From the NCBI GenBank assembly GCA_028534125.1, contig CM052816.1:36458001-36522000 (forward strand): a stretch of DNA of 64,000 nt, given 5' to 3'. The notes below the pieces were generated by a model that was not told where the DNA came from, ran no database searches, and worked only from the letters and a program-made list of their open reading frames with translations. The stretch comes from Lama glama (lineage: Eukaryota). Below are positions 12,877-25,300 of this stretch, one piece after another; the first letter of the stretch is position 1; every line of letters begins with the position of its first letter. The translations under genes were made by a program, and so were the position numbers.

Positions 12877-13300
12877 TAAAATAATGCCATTTGCAACATC
12901 ACATGTAGAACTGGAGGTCATCATTCTAAGTGAAATAAGCCAGAAAGAGAAAAAAATACCATATGATATGACTTATATGTGGAATCTAAAATAAAGAGAC
13001 AAATGAACTAACTTACAAAGCAGAAACAGACTTATAGACATACAAAACAAACTTAACATTACCAAAGGGGAAGGGATAAATTGGGAGTTTGAGATTTGTA
13101 GATACTAACTACTGTATATAAAATAGATAAACAACAAGGTCCTACTGTATAGCACATGGAACTATATTCGATACATTATACTGCCTATAATAAAAAAGAA
13201 TATGAAAAGGAATATATATATGTATAACTGAATCACTATGCTGTACAACAGAAATTAACACAACCTTGTAAACCAACTATACTTCAATAAAAATAAAGAA
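12877..13300 (+). mobile_element. Younger cetartiodactyl/camelid LINE-1 3' end (about 420 bp)
   Basis: AAAATAATGCCATTTGCAACA...CTAAGTGAAATAAGCCAG...GTCCTACTGTATAGCACA...ACTGAATCACTATGCTGTAC...AACTATACTTCAATAAAAATAAA; same 3'UTR type as the reverse complement of 6367-6800. Confidence 0.9.
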
Positions 13301-13500
13301 AGTCAGTGGTAGCCAGGTTTTCAAAGGGAGGGAAGGGATGAATAGGTGGAGCACAGGGTATTTTTAGGAAGGTGAAATTTTTCTGTATGAAACTGTAATG
13401 AATACATGCCATTTTACACTTGCCAAAACCATAGTGCTCTACAACACAAAGTGTGAATCTTAACAAAAACAATGGACTATTAAAAAAAAAAGAAAAATAA
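13301..13500 (+). mobile_element. Old L1 (L1MC/MD-like) 3'UTR fragment
   Basis: TCAGTGGTAGCCAGG...GGGATGAATAGGTGGAGCACAGGGTATTTTTAGGAAGGTGAAA...AAAACCATAG resembles 24168-24330 in this window. Confidence 0.8.
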
Positions 13501-13566
13501 TAAAGATACTTATATACCAACATAGATAATTATCCAAAACATGTATTTTTTAAAAGTAAAAGATGA

Positions 13567-13635
13567 ATACATATATATATATGTATATACACACACACAC
13601 ACACACGTGTGTGTATATGTGTGTGGGTGTGTGTG

Positions 13636-13672
<37 letters not shown>

Positions 13673-13688
13673 GTATATATATATATAA
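13567..13688. repeat. Compound (TA)/(CA)/(TG) microsatellite
   Basis: About 120 bp of almost uninterrupted purine-pyrimidine alternation. Confidence 0.95.
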
Positions 13689-14187
13689 TGACTTTCATGC
13701 AAAACAAACCAAACACACAAATACTATATTTCTTCCAGAGAAATATGTGTGCTTGTGTGGTCTGAAGGAAACTTAGAATTCTCTGAAATGGTATGGATTA
13801 TTTCAATAATAATGATTATGCATTAATTGTGTCAAGCTAAATCTACTTAAAAAAAAACACATAACAATCAAATTCTGCTTCAAAGGATAGTTTTAAAGAT
13901 TAAATTAGCCTCAGTACTTATAAAAATCATTGGTACATACATAATAGTAGTTATTCAATTAATGTCAACTCCTTTCACCCATATACAAATAGATAAAAGT
14001 TCTTTAAATATCTATTTCTTTCATACATTTATCATTTAACAGAAATTAAGACATTAGTGATTTTAATAGAGAATATGGATTTAGGAATTATAATTGCTGT
14101 ATCTGCTGTTAATTGATTTGGATTTGACTTTATGTCCCTAGATCTAAAAATGGAAGGTAATTTGAAGAACTGTGGTAATTCAAAATT

Positions 14188-14353
14188 ATTAACTGAGAGA
14201 AAAAAGACAGTTTTTAGTGTGTATATATAATATACATACAAATATATGGCTGTATAATTTATACAATATACATACATACACAATGAATATGTACATATCT
14301 GAACTGTAAAATTATAACCAATACTGAAAACTATCTTCTTTCTCTCAGTCAAT
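14188..14353. repeat. Inverted repeat, 27-31 bp arms with a TA-rich spacer
   Basis: ACTGAGAGAAAAAAGACAGTTTTTAGT (14192-14218) versus ACTGAAAACTATCTTCTTTCTCTCAGT (14323-14349): 3 mismatches in 27. Confidence 0.9.
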
Positions 14354-14439
14354 TATATACATGTATTCCTAAGTGTTGGTAACACAGAAGACTAATCAAC
14401 ACAGTTTCAAGTTTTCACCCATCATCATTTGCTTAGTTC

Positions 14440-14563
14440 AGTGGTTCTCAGCCTAGTTCTCTAAGAACCTCTCCACTTCTGATAATCTTACTGGTGCCCA
14501 CAAAATGGTAGCTGTGAAAAATACCAGAAGATTTTGTTTTGCAGCCAGGGTAGAGAATCATGG
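14440..14563. mobile_element. hAT-Charlie MITE relic (MER5-like)
   Basis: Starts CAGTGGTTCTCA and ends GCAGCCAGGGTAGAGAATCATGG, matching the MER5-type terminal inverted repeats. Confidence 0.55.
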
Positions 14564-15539
14564 CTTTGTGGAAAATCTGTGCAGGATTTTAAAAAGAGTA
14601 TACTTTTTAATCTATTGTAAAATCTTCCCTTAATCAGAGTTCTTTATTTGTGTGGATAAAGCCTCTATCTGTTTTCAGCTGATCTTTGAGTCACCATTAA
14701 TAACAATGTCATTCAGTTTCCAAAGGAGTTGGAATTTATAACCGAGGAGCACTGAATGATACTATGTCATCATTTAAGAAATTACTTTAAACCAATTTTT
14801 GAAAATCAGATAAGCTTTAGAAGTTGTCTGATTTCCCAGAATAAATATAATTCATGCATATCACGAAATCTGATGTGAAAATTTTCCATCTCCTAGCATA
14901 AATATATCACTATTTCAGAACCACAAGTTGAAATTTCCTTCTTAAAGTACAAATAATTTTTTATTAGCTGGTTTATAATTATTGTAATTGAATCGATTGA
15001 ATACATTTGCACAAATAACTATGAGTTATTATGTTTGTATTACTTTAAGGTAATACTTAAAATAACTATAGTGGAAATGTTAAGTTGGAATATTTTAATG
15101 CCTTTTTAAGTATCACAATATACTATAATCACAAAGTGGCTAATACTATCCCCATTATTCCTGATTAAAACATAAAGTCAGCTATAGCTACTAAAATAGT
15201 ACTTAACAGTAAAAAGGAAATTTGTTTCTATTTTTTAAAGGGCAGCAGTAATGAGGTAAGATTACAAAAACAGAATAGGGACTTGATTTAGAGAGAGAGA
15301 TTCTATGATGCTTGAGTAATTACCCATGCTTAAATATATCCCATATAGACAAACATATGCTCAAATATATCCTATATAGAAACAATTTGAGTTTCCATTG
15401 ACAATGTCTTTTAAAATCTCTCTTATTCTCAAGATCAGATCATTCTGTTTTCCTAGGTATGATGTTATATTTAACATAATAAACTTGAAAAAATGCTACT
15501 TATGTATTTTTTATTCTGTATAAAATCCAATAAGGGTTT

Positions 15540-16037
15540 TGTAGTTGACAAAATAATACCTCCCTGAAAATAGCAACATTCTAATCTCCAGAATCTTCAA
15601 AATGTGTTATCTTACACATCAAAAGGGACTTTGCTATTGTGATTAAATTGAGACAGAAGGATTATCCTGGAATTTCCAGATGGGCACAATGGAACCACAG
15701 GTATCTCTGTGAGAGGCACACAAGAAGTCAAAGTCAGAAGGAGATGAGATGATGGAGTCAGAGGTTGGAGTGCTGTACTTTACAGACAGAGAAAGGGACC
15801 ACAACCAAGCAATGCAGGTGGCCCTGAGAAGGTGGAAAGGATAAGGAAAAGGATTTTTCCCTGGAGCCACCAGAAAGAATGTAATACTGTCAATAGTTTG
15901 ATTTTGGTTTCATAATACTCATTTTAGTCTTTTAACCTCCAAAACTATAAGAGAATAAATTTGTGTTAAGATACTAAGTTTCTGGAAATTTGTCATATAG
16001 AAAATAGGAAACTAATAGGAAATAGGAAACTAATAAA
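15540..16037 (+). mobile_element. MaLR solo LTR, MLT1D-like, with 5-bp TSD GGTTT
   Basis: AAAAGGGACTTTGC, GATTATCCTGG, CAGAGGTTGGAGTG, CCAAGCAATGCAGGTGGCC, CCCTGGAGCCACCAGAAAGAA, AATAGGAAACTAATA. GGTTT flanks at 15535-15539 and 16038-16042. Confidence 0.9.
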
Positions 16038-17361
16038 GGTTTGTACACATATTAGTTAATTTTTAAAATAATATCTCAAAATAAGAAGACAGGCAATGCT
16101 AACCAGGTAGCAAAGTTTCAATGTACATTTTCTAATTCATATAAACCACACTGGTTCTGACCTAAGTATTTAAAGTGAATCACTTGTATTCTAATACATT
16201 TATTTCATAATCTAATTACTGGTTAGAAACATATAATTTATACTGCTCAAATTGCACTTTATTGTATTATTTTCAATCATAAAAATAACCTAATATAATC
16301 AATACTTTGGAATATAGAAAAAAGTCAAAAAATTTCTAATCTACTCATCTATAACAATAGTTTTAGAATATAGATGTAAAACATCAAGTTTTAAAAATCA
16401 GTATAATGTATGATATTAATTATAATGTTCCTATATGCTTGTCATTATAATACATATGTTAATTTGTATCACCTTTTTACCATTTAATATTATCAACTGC
16501 TTTAATAAACTTAGAAAATGATGACTTTATGTATTACTCATAAAAATCAGAGACACTTTAAGGTTGTAAATAGGTTCCAATTAGTCTAGGAAGATATTGT
16601 GGGAGACACAGGATTTCAGTAAATAAAAAGGGAGCAAATTGGTACCATGAATGGTCAAGTGAAAAGGGAAGGGAGTGCTGGGACAAGGATGCTTTTAGAT
16701 GTGTATACCAATGTCTGGAGGTAGAAGTAGAATAACCAAAGGAGATGAAAACAAAAAGTCACCCAAAGAGCTCTGAAGAGAAGAAAACTTTATATCTGAT
16801 CCCTAACATACTTGGAAAGCACCTTAGGTTCTCAAGTCTATGGAAAAAGCAACAAATAAGTTAAGATATTAATGGAGGCAACAGAGATCTCAAAGGTAAG
16901 GTTCCTAAGAGATGGTGGCTTCCTAGAAAGTTTTCTGCAGAAATTTTAATTAACCACTATGTGATTAACACATAATATAAACAGATACTGTGTGACAGGT
17001 CTAAAAACCTGTCAGTGGACTATATATGAAGAAAAATATACTGTATATGGAAGTAAGATGCATTTTTTTTTAAGCCACCTTGGAACTAGGTAGAAGAAGA
17101 ATGTTTCAATAAGCAGAGTTTTAACATAAATCCTTGAGAGAGAATAAAATTGTCCTGGGACCCCAGAAGCCTGTAGGTAGTGTTATGATATGCTTTTTCT
17201 CTTAAGAAGGTCAAAGACTCAAAATGACCATTGGCATTTTGAATCACAAGCAACAGAATCAACAGGCCAGGAAGCTCCGCAGCTCTGAACTGATTCTGTG
17301 AGAACACAACTTCCTGCCCAGCTCAGACTCTGGACACTTGACATGAATACACAGCTTAATC

Positions 17362-17903
17362 TGCAGTGGTAACCAGCCTCCATGACATCCTACATTGATC
17401 CTTGTCTTCTGATATTCACCCATGTGTACTCCCTCCTATTTTGTACCACAGTTGGTCTGAGTGACCAATAGCATATGGCAGAAGTGATGGGATGTGACTT
17501 CTAGGTTTAGACTATAAAAGACTTTTGCTTCTATCTTGGGTGATCTCTTGCTCACTTCTGCTCACTCTTTCTTGGATTACTCATTTTGAGGGAAGACAGC
17601 TGTCATTTCAATGAGGACACACAGGCAGAATATGAAGAGTGAACATGGCAAAGAACTGTACTCTCTGGCCAATGGCTAGAGAGGAACTGAGGACTGCCAA
17701 CAACCATATGAGTAAATCTGAAAGTGGATTCTCAGCCCCAGTCAAGCCTGAGATGCTTACAACCCTGGTGAAGAGCTAACTGCAACCTCGTGAGAGAACC
17801 TGAACCAGAAATACCCAGAAATGCTGCTTCAAGATTCCAAAGGTTATTGTTTTAAATTGCCAAATTTTGGAATAATTTGTTATGCATCTAAAGATAACTA
17901 ATT
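17362..17903 (+). mobile_element. MaLR solo LTR, MLT1F/E-like
   Basis: CCAATAGCATATGGCAGAAGTGATGGGATGTGACTTC, GAGGAACTGAGGACTGCCAACAACCATATGAGT, CCCCAGTCAAGCC, and the terminus TAATTTGTTATGCATCTAAAGATAACTAAT. Confidence 0.85.
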
Positions 17904-20039
17904 TACTCGTTTTTATTGCTTCTGCTATGTGGATGTAGAGGAGAGGATTCTGCACTGGAGGTATGAGAGCTGAAGAGCAGAGTTTTGCTAGGTAAAGAAG
18001 GAGGAAGAAGGATAGGCTTTTCAGCCAGGGCTGGCATTTCCACATGTATATTCTAATTTCTTTGATTTACTTATGTTTAGGCTAATGAGGTAATAAAAAT
18101 TTTCCCCAAATATACCTGACATGTTGCTGCTCTTACTATGCTTTTCCTCTGGGTTTCAGTCTTCTATATTCATATTTGTTTATTATTTAGCATTCCTTCT
18201 ACTTTGCAATCAGACATCCACTCATTCTGTGGATCAATGATTCATTTTATAATTTTCTCCAATTGAAGTAATATTTTTCTCATTTGTGCTACCAGAGAAA
18301 GCATCACATTTCCTCTTTACTTTTCATCGTTGGCCTGTTTTATCATGATTGGGTGCAGGTATTCTAAATTAGATTTTAAGCTCTCTGAGAGAAGCATCTA
18401 TGAATGAATTGTTTGTTTTCTTATACCCAGCACTTACAGGATTGAACTAAATTAAAATAAACTCTCAACATAAAAAAAATCATAGAGTTATTTATGCTAA
18501 AATTATAGTCATATCATTGCATTTATTCATGTTTAATATAATATAGAGGAGAAACTCAACTTTGGAATCAGAAGAATATAATCTCACTTGAATTAACCAG
18601 ATGGTAATTTAGACAGTTGGGTTTGTTTTTCTTTACCTTTTTCTCTCTTTTTTAATTAAAAAGATTCCTGGGCCTATTTTCTCATACAAGATAATGTTAG
18701 ACCTTTCTGAACAGAATTATAAATCTTGTGAAATATATGTAAAAAATAATCTTGTTCAGTTGTGTATATTGTAGAAATGCAATGCAAGTTAGAAAGTAAA
18801 ATTTGCATTCTAGTTGAGTCTCAGAAATGTGGATATCAACAGGATGGGTTAACTCTTTCGGATTAGTCATATTAGAATCTTGATGGAATCTGCATCAAGG
18901 CAGCCGGCCAATTAGCATTTAATTACTAGGCAAAACAAAATTCAGCACTAATTCATTTTCAAGTAGGTATTGCAGAATAAGAAAATGCCACGTGTCTTGT
19001 GGTATTCATATGCTGAAATTGCTAGGGTTTGAGGTTAACAGAACTACTTATCCAGTAAGTGCAACTTATAGACAAGTGCTGAAAATGGCCAACAAGTTCT
19101 GACTTGTACCAATTAATTTCCCAGAAGACTTTTTTTTTCCCTTAAACAAAACATGAATGCACAGCTGCAGAATATGTGAAAAACAGTTTAATAGTATACT
19201 CTTCAATCAATGAGACATTTTAAAAATGCACATGGCATTGTTTCAGCAAATGGCTTGGATGCAAACTTTCAGAATTTGGACTAATTCCGGTAGTCTCAGG
19301 GATTGAAAGAAAATCAGCCATACCTATGAGAGTTTGTTTACAGACCCTTAAGTAATAAAAAGCAATCTGCCCTATGCTGGGGATCTTTGGCTGCTATGGG
19401 AGATAAAGGCAATGTTTTCGGTATCAAGGTAAAAGCCCTTTTAAATACATCAAAATTCACATTTGGGGCAAAATCAATAATGATAAATGAAAATGTTCTT
19501 TTTTTTCTAACAAAGTGCACTACAAAGAGATACACAGCAAGCAATACATCCTTAGAAATACTAATTGTTGATGAATATTCATCTCCTAGAAGAGCTTACA
19601 TTATGTGGAAATTAAATTCAAAGCACGCTTGCAAGTACCTTGAGAGCCTATTTAAAAAAAAAAAAGGTGGTATAAATTGTCACATTGGCAACATTATTAT
19701 TTTTTGTTGATATTGTTCCTCTCAAACTATCATAGCTTTGCCATTTTTAAAGTAATTCTTAATAATCCTTTCTGAGAATTAAATGCATCTAAAATAAGGA
19801 AAACATTCTATTGTGTGTTGCATTATAGCCGACTGCAAGATGCAGTCTTTGTCCCCAGTGCAGAGGGTGAGATCATGTTGTGGGAGAGCAATCTGCTAAG
19901 AGTGACATGTTCTAGTTTCAGCAAGTCTGGATTCTGGTTCTGGTTCTGACTTCTGGGAGCTTTCAGATGCTGAACCTGATCCTGTTATTAACATAATCTC
20001 TCTGGGACTTTTTCTGTATCTGTCAAAAATGATACCAAA

Positions 20040-20320
20040 AATATTTATTACAGGGTTACCATATGCCAGGTACTCTGGTTGATGCTTCCAAAAAAGTTTG
20101 AATGAGATAAACATAATGGTGGCCCTTGCAGAGCATATAGCCTCATGGGTAAGTGAGACAATAGATTCTAACTGTAATTGCAATAAAACGATAGAAGAAT
20201 TAAATGTTGCTCTAGGCATACACAACTATAGTGCTTAAAACAGGACAAGATGAAAAGGGAGACCAGTACAGAGGAAGTGCCATGTAAGCTGCGACCTGAG
20301 GGATGAGATAATATGTGTAA
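20040..20320 (-). mobile_element. LINE-2 3' fragment
   Basis: ATATTTATTACAGGGTTACCATATGCCAGGTACTC...GGCCCTTGCAGAGCATATAGCCT resembles the reverse L2 tail. Confidence 0.5.
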
Positions 20321-22489
20321 AGCTTAATGCAGACGTGAACCAATATTATTTGGCAAATTGGCTCCATTTTAGAAGACAAAAATGACAACTGAATTTGTAG
20401 ATCTACTTTTTGGCTAGAATTATTCACATCAGCAGTTTAAAGTGATTAAATCTGTTTGATTTTTCTAAGAGGAAACCACTATTACTGGTGAAAGTGCATG
20501 ATCTCACCTAGACAGATGCATGGGGAGAGCTTAGGTGCCATTCTTATGTGCTACACCATGGAAAATTTCCTTCATTAATCAAAGTTTATATAATAATACT
20601 CTATGAGATATTTGAAATTATTTCTAACTAGACAATTCTGATTTAAGAAAAGATAATTTGAAGTCTAACATACCTTCCTATTTTAAAAATTACATTAAAT
20701 ATATTAGTATATTTAATATAATTGGGTTTAAAATATAATTAAATATATTTTTAAAATGTGAATTCCAGTATTGTTACCCTAGATTGGAGCAGGCAGTCAT
20801 TAGGCATTTTAATTCAAGCAGTAACTTCACTGAAAGCCTAATGATTCTCTTATTCTTCCTTTATCATATGTTATCAATAATCAGAAATAATAGCAGAAGC
20901 TTCCTGAAATGAAAATAAAAATGTTGCAACTTGTACCACAGTACTGGACTGAAATGAAGAGACAACACATCAATAACAGTTTAATAACAAACAAGCAAAG
21001 AGAAAAGAAATGCACTGTGAGGACCAGAGTCCCCTGATAGCTCTGCCTTTGGGGGTAAGTGGAGTGGAGGGTCAGGACCACATCAGGAGAGAAAAACTAT
21101 CAAATTAAGACTCCCTGAGAGACTTCAAAAAGTGTATGATTAGTTCAGCATTGCTTTCATTCTCTACTTCCCCCTCCCACTATAGACTTCAGTTTTAATA
21201 ATGATTAAAGAATAATGCTTGAATCCCATCTGAATGGCTTTTGAGATTTAACTCACTAAATCTATTCATAGCACTGTGCTTGTAAGAGGGACTGAACAGA
21301 TCTGCACAACTAATCGTGGAATATTACACTGATACTTCATCTCCCACATCAATACCAATTACAGCTGCACAGAGAGCATTGCATATTATTTTAATAGGAT
21401 AGGAATTTTTAATCCAGTCAGGTAGTTCTGGATGAATGTATTTGTATGTCTGTCATTAAAATTTGGTGGCTCATGCTGCTCAAGACAGACACATTTTGAA
21501 TGTTTAAAATTTCCACAGATGTTACTTATCCATCAGAATGGAAAATTTCTTGCTCTCTACTATATAGATTCTGTCTCATTAACATAAATAAAAAATAAAG
21601 CATAACAACAACAATCTTGCTTAATGTGTACACACAGAAATAGTGTCATAGGCATCTGGCAATCAGTTGGAGAAGGTGAAAACTGCTAAATGAATGAAAA
21701 TGTGGAGTATGACATTCTTTTCTGGGGAAAAAAAGCTTACTGTTAAGAGATTTTTGCCTCTATGCCATATTGCTTTTTATTTTCAGTGGGGTTGTGATCA
21801 GCGTGGACATTCACATAAAAGATGTCTTATCTAATTACTTGTGCTACTAACATTTATAAAAATAACTCCTTCTCTCAATTGAAAAGTGAAGATGGATTTC
21901 TTTTAAACTCATTTTGTAAAATAAAATCTTAAGGAAGAATGCTAACTTTTTAACAGCAGGGCCTATGTATCACAACATCTCACAGGCATGAACTTGAGAT
22001 CATGATCATAAAAGAAATCCAGCTAAGAGCCATATATCCTTTACTTCATTCAAGAAAATATCATCACAGAAATTTGATTATTAATTCTGAAATTCTTTTT
22101 TTTGTCCATTAAGAAATACTTCATGAATTTCTAAAATGTTTTGGTTTCAACCTGACTAAAAACTGGTAAAAAAAAAAAATAGTGAATAGATCTGCAACTG
22201 ATACAAGCATCTTCCATTATCTTTTTTTAGACAATTTTGCCAGCTTGCTGCTGTATGTTAATGCTTTTTATTTTTGTTCTCCCAATTAGGCAGAAAACTT
22301 TCCTGAGGGCACAGAGTATAACTTACTTATTATTTAATGTGAATTCATAGTGATGAACATAGAGGAGGCATGCTATGTATTTTTGTTGAAGGAGTAAACA
22401 AAAACTCTACATTATTCTCCTGGAGTTATACTAAATTATATCTTTGGATCATCAAGAAGGAAAAATTAAGACTACAATATTAAGTTAGT

Positions 22490-24507
22490 CATAAAAGTTA
22501 TGACTCAAAAATACTGTATCACATGAACATATAACATTTTAGATATTCCAAAAAAAGAAAATGTACAAAATGTCATGAAAGAGTAAACAGAATTTGAAAT
22601 TGAAAACATATTACCATCTACATAACCCCCAAAAAACTTAATTATAAATCTAAAAAGATATGTGCAAGATCTATAAACTCTGATAAAAGACATCAAAGAA
22701 GATGTAAATAAATGAAAATACATTCCATAATCATGGATAGGAAAACTCAATATTAGAAAGAGATCAGTTCTTCCCAATTTGATCTATAGCTGCAACACAG
22801 CCATTATCAAAATTCCAAAATATTGTTTTGTGGATATTGACAAACTCATTCTAAAGTTTATACGGAGAAGCAAAGGACTAGCCAACAAAATATTTAAAGA
22901 GAAGAACAAAGTCAGAAGACTGACACTACCCAACTTCAAGACTTGTATATAGCTACAGTAATAAAGATATGTGATAGTTATTAAAAAAAAAAAAGACAAC
23001 AGATAAATGGAACAGAATATAGAACCCAGAAACAGACTCACATAAATGCAGTCAACTGATTTTGGACAAAGGAGCGAAGACGAATGAGGAAGCAAAGACA
23101 GTCAGTCTTTTCAACAAATGATGCCTGAACAACAGGACAATCACATGCAAAAAAAAAAAAAAAAAAAAGAATCTAGACACACCTTACATCCTTCACAGAA
23201 ATTAACTTATAAAGGACCATAAGCCTAATGTAAAACACAAAACTGTAAGAAAGCTAGATGATAACACAGAAAAAAACCTAAATAACCTCAGATATGGTGA
23301 TTTTTAGATTCAACATTAAATTATTTCCATGAAAGAAATAATTGGTAAGCTGGATTTCATTAAAATTAAAAACTTTTGCTCTATGAAAGACAATGTTAAG
23401 AGAATGAGAAGATAAGCCATATACTAGAAGAAAATATCTGAACAAGATATATCTGATAAAAGACTGTTATCTAAAATATATAAAGAACTTTTAAAACTCA
23501 ACAATAAGAAAATAAATAACTCAATGAAAAAATGATCAAAATACCTGAACAGAAACCTCAACAAAGAAGACATATTGATAACAAATATACATATGAAAAT
23601 ATTTTTCCCATCATATGTCATTAGAGAATTGCCAGTTAAAACAATGAGATACCACTATACATGTATTACAATGGCCAAAAATCAGAACAGTGACAACATC
23701 AACAAAAGGTAACAAGGATATGGGGCAAGAAGAACTTTTATTCACTGCTGGTGGGGATGCGAAATAGTGTAGTCATTTCAGAATACAGTTTGCAACTTTC
23801 TTGTAAAACTAAATATATTCTTATAACTCAGTAATCATGCTCCTTGGTATTTACCCAAAGGAGTTGAAAACTTTTATCTGGACAAAAACCTGCACACAGA
23901 AGTTATAGCAGTTTTATTCAAAATTGTCAAAACTTAGAAGCAACTAAGATGTCCCTCAGGAAGTGAATGCATAAATAAACTGTGGTACATCAGACAATAT
24001 ACTATTCAGCACCAAAAAGAAATGTGCTCTCAAGTCATGAAAAGACATGGAAGAACCTTAAACGTATATTATTAAGTGAAAAAAGTCAACCTGAAAAGAT
24101 AATATATTATATAAGCCCAACTACATGACATTCTGGAAAAGGTAAAACTGTAGAGACAATAAAAGATCAGTGGTTGCCAGGGATTAGGTGGAAAGAAAGA
24201 TGAACAGGTAGAGCACAAAGGATTTTTAGGGCAGTGAAAATACTCTGTATGGTACTATGATGGTGGATATATGTTAATATACACTTGTCTAAACCCATGG
24301 AATGTATAGCACTAAGAGTGAACCCGAATGTAAACTATGGACTTTGGATGATGATATGTCAATATAATATTCTGGTAGGGGATATTAATAATAGGAAGGC
24401 TATCTATGGGGTCAGAGAGCATATAGGAGATCTCTGCATTTTCTCCTCAATTTTGCTGTGAACCAAAAACTGCTCTTAAAAATTAAGTATATTAATTAAA
24501 AAAAAAC
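22490..24507 (+). mobile_element. LINE-1, L1MC1-like, 5'-truncated (ORF2 3' part plus 3'UTR and A tail)
   Basis: ORF2 relic (TCATGGATAGGAAAACTCAATATT, AGTCTTTTCAACAAATGATG) and 3' end CTCAATTTTGCTGTGAACCAAAAACTGCTCTTAAAAATTAAGTATATTAATTAAAAAAAAA. Confidence 0.9.
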
Positions 24508-24774
24508 TAAAATGAATTTTTTCAAGTGGGAAAAATAAATTTAAACACCAGTCAAGTGAAAAAAATTAATTCTTCAGGTTTCTCACCCATTTTTATTTTT
24601 CATGGTAGTTAAATCTTCAATTCTAATTGTAAAAGACAGTGAACCTGGTCAAGTATTTCAGTATTTCACTTTCTGTGTATCGTAAAGTATTATGTCAAGG
24701 TATTTTAAATTTTTTCTTTGCTTTAAAAATGAAGAAATTCAGACCTTCTTTACTTGTACATACTCTTAAGCAGT

Positions 24775-25300
24775 AACTACATTATTCAGGGTACTGTTTG
24801 CTAGCAATAGAAACCAGCTCTTGGTAGTATAAGTAGAAAATTAATTTGGTAATTTAATTTGGTAAAAGGATATTATGACACAGAATTTCTGAGAGTTCTG
24901 GAAAATTGGACATGAAACTACATATCCAGAAGCAGTACTTCAGACCTCACTGTTGATTTGGCCCCATGAAACACCATGGCAACTGTCTCTGGTTATGGAC
25001 ACTACAGTTTGCACCCCCAACACCACCAAATTTGGATACATAGTGCCTTTTCTTCAACTGCTGCCATTGATGACTCTACAAATCAGGTATGCTACAGTTA
25101 CTGCCACTTCTATAATTTTTGCCAGAATTTATTTCACTCTTGTCAAAATATACTCTGTTCAATTCTTTCTTTAATCATTAATTTTCATATGAGTTCCTAG
25201 GGCATTGAGCCCAAGAAGTCTCTGATTGGTGGAGGAAATAACTTAAACTTTGTCCCAGGTACAAGAAAGCCTGGAATAGCGACTCTCTTACTTTTTCTCT
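24775..25300 (-). mobile_element. Old MaLR LTR (MLT1J/K-like), decayed
   Basis: TTCAGGGTACTGTTTGCTAGCAATAGAAACCAGCTC...AAGTAGAAAA and TCTGATTGGTGG resemble the reverse strand of old MLT1 LTRs. Confidence 0.4.

Noticed and set aside
13510..13765. ORFs rich in Y/I/H/T/C/V
   Set aside because: Translation of a dinucleotide microsatellite.
19338..20225. ORFs of 68-109 aa
   Set aside because: No recognisable homology or exon structure; the 19896-20225 ORF overlaps an L2 relic.
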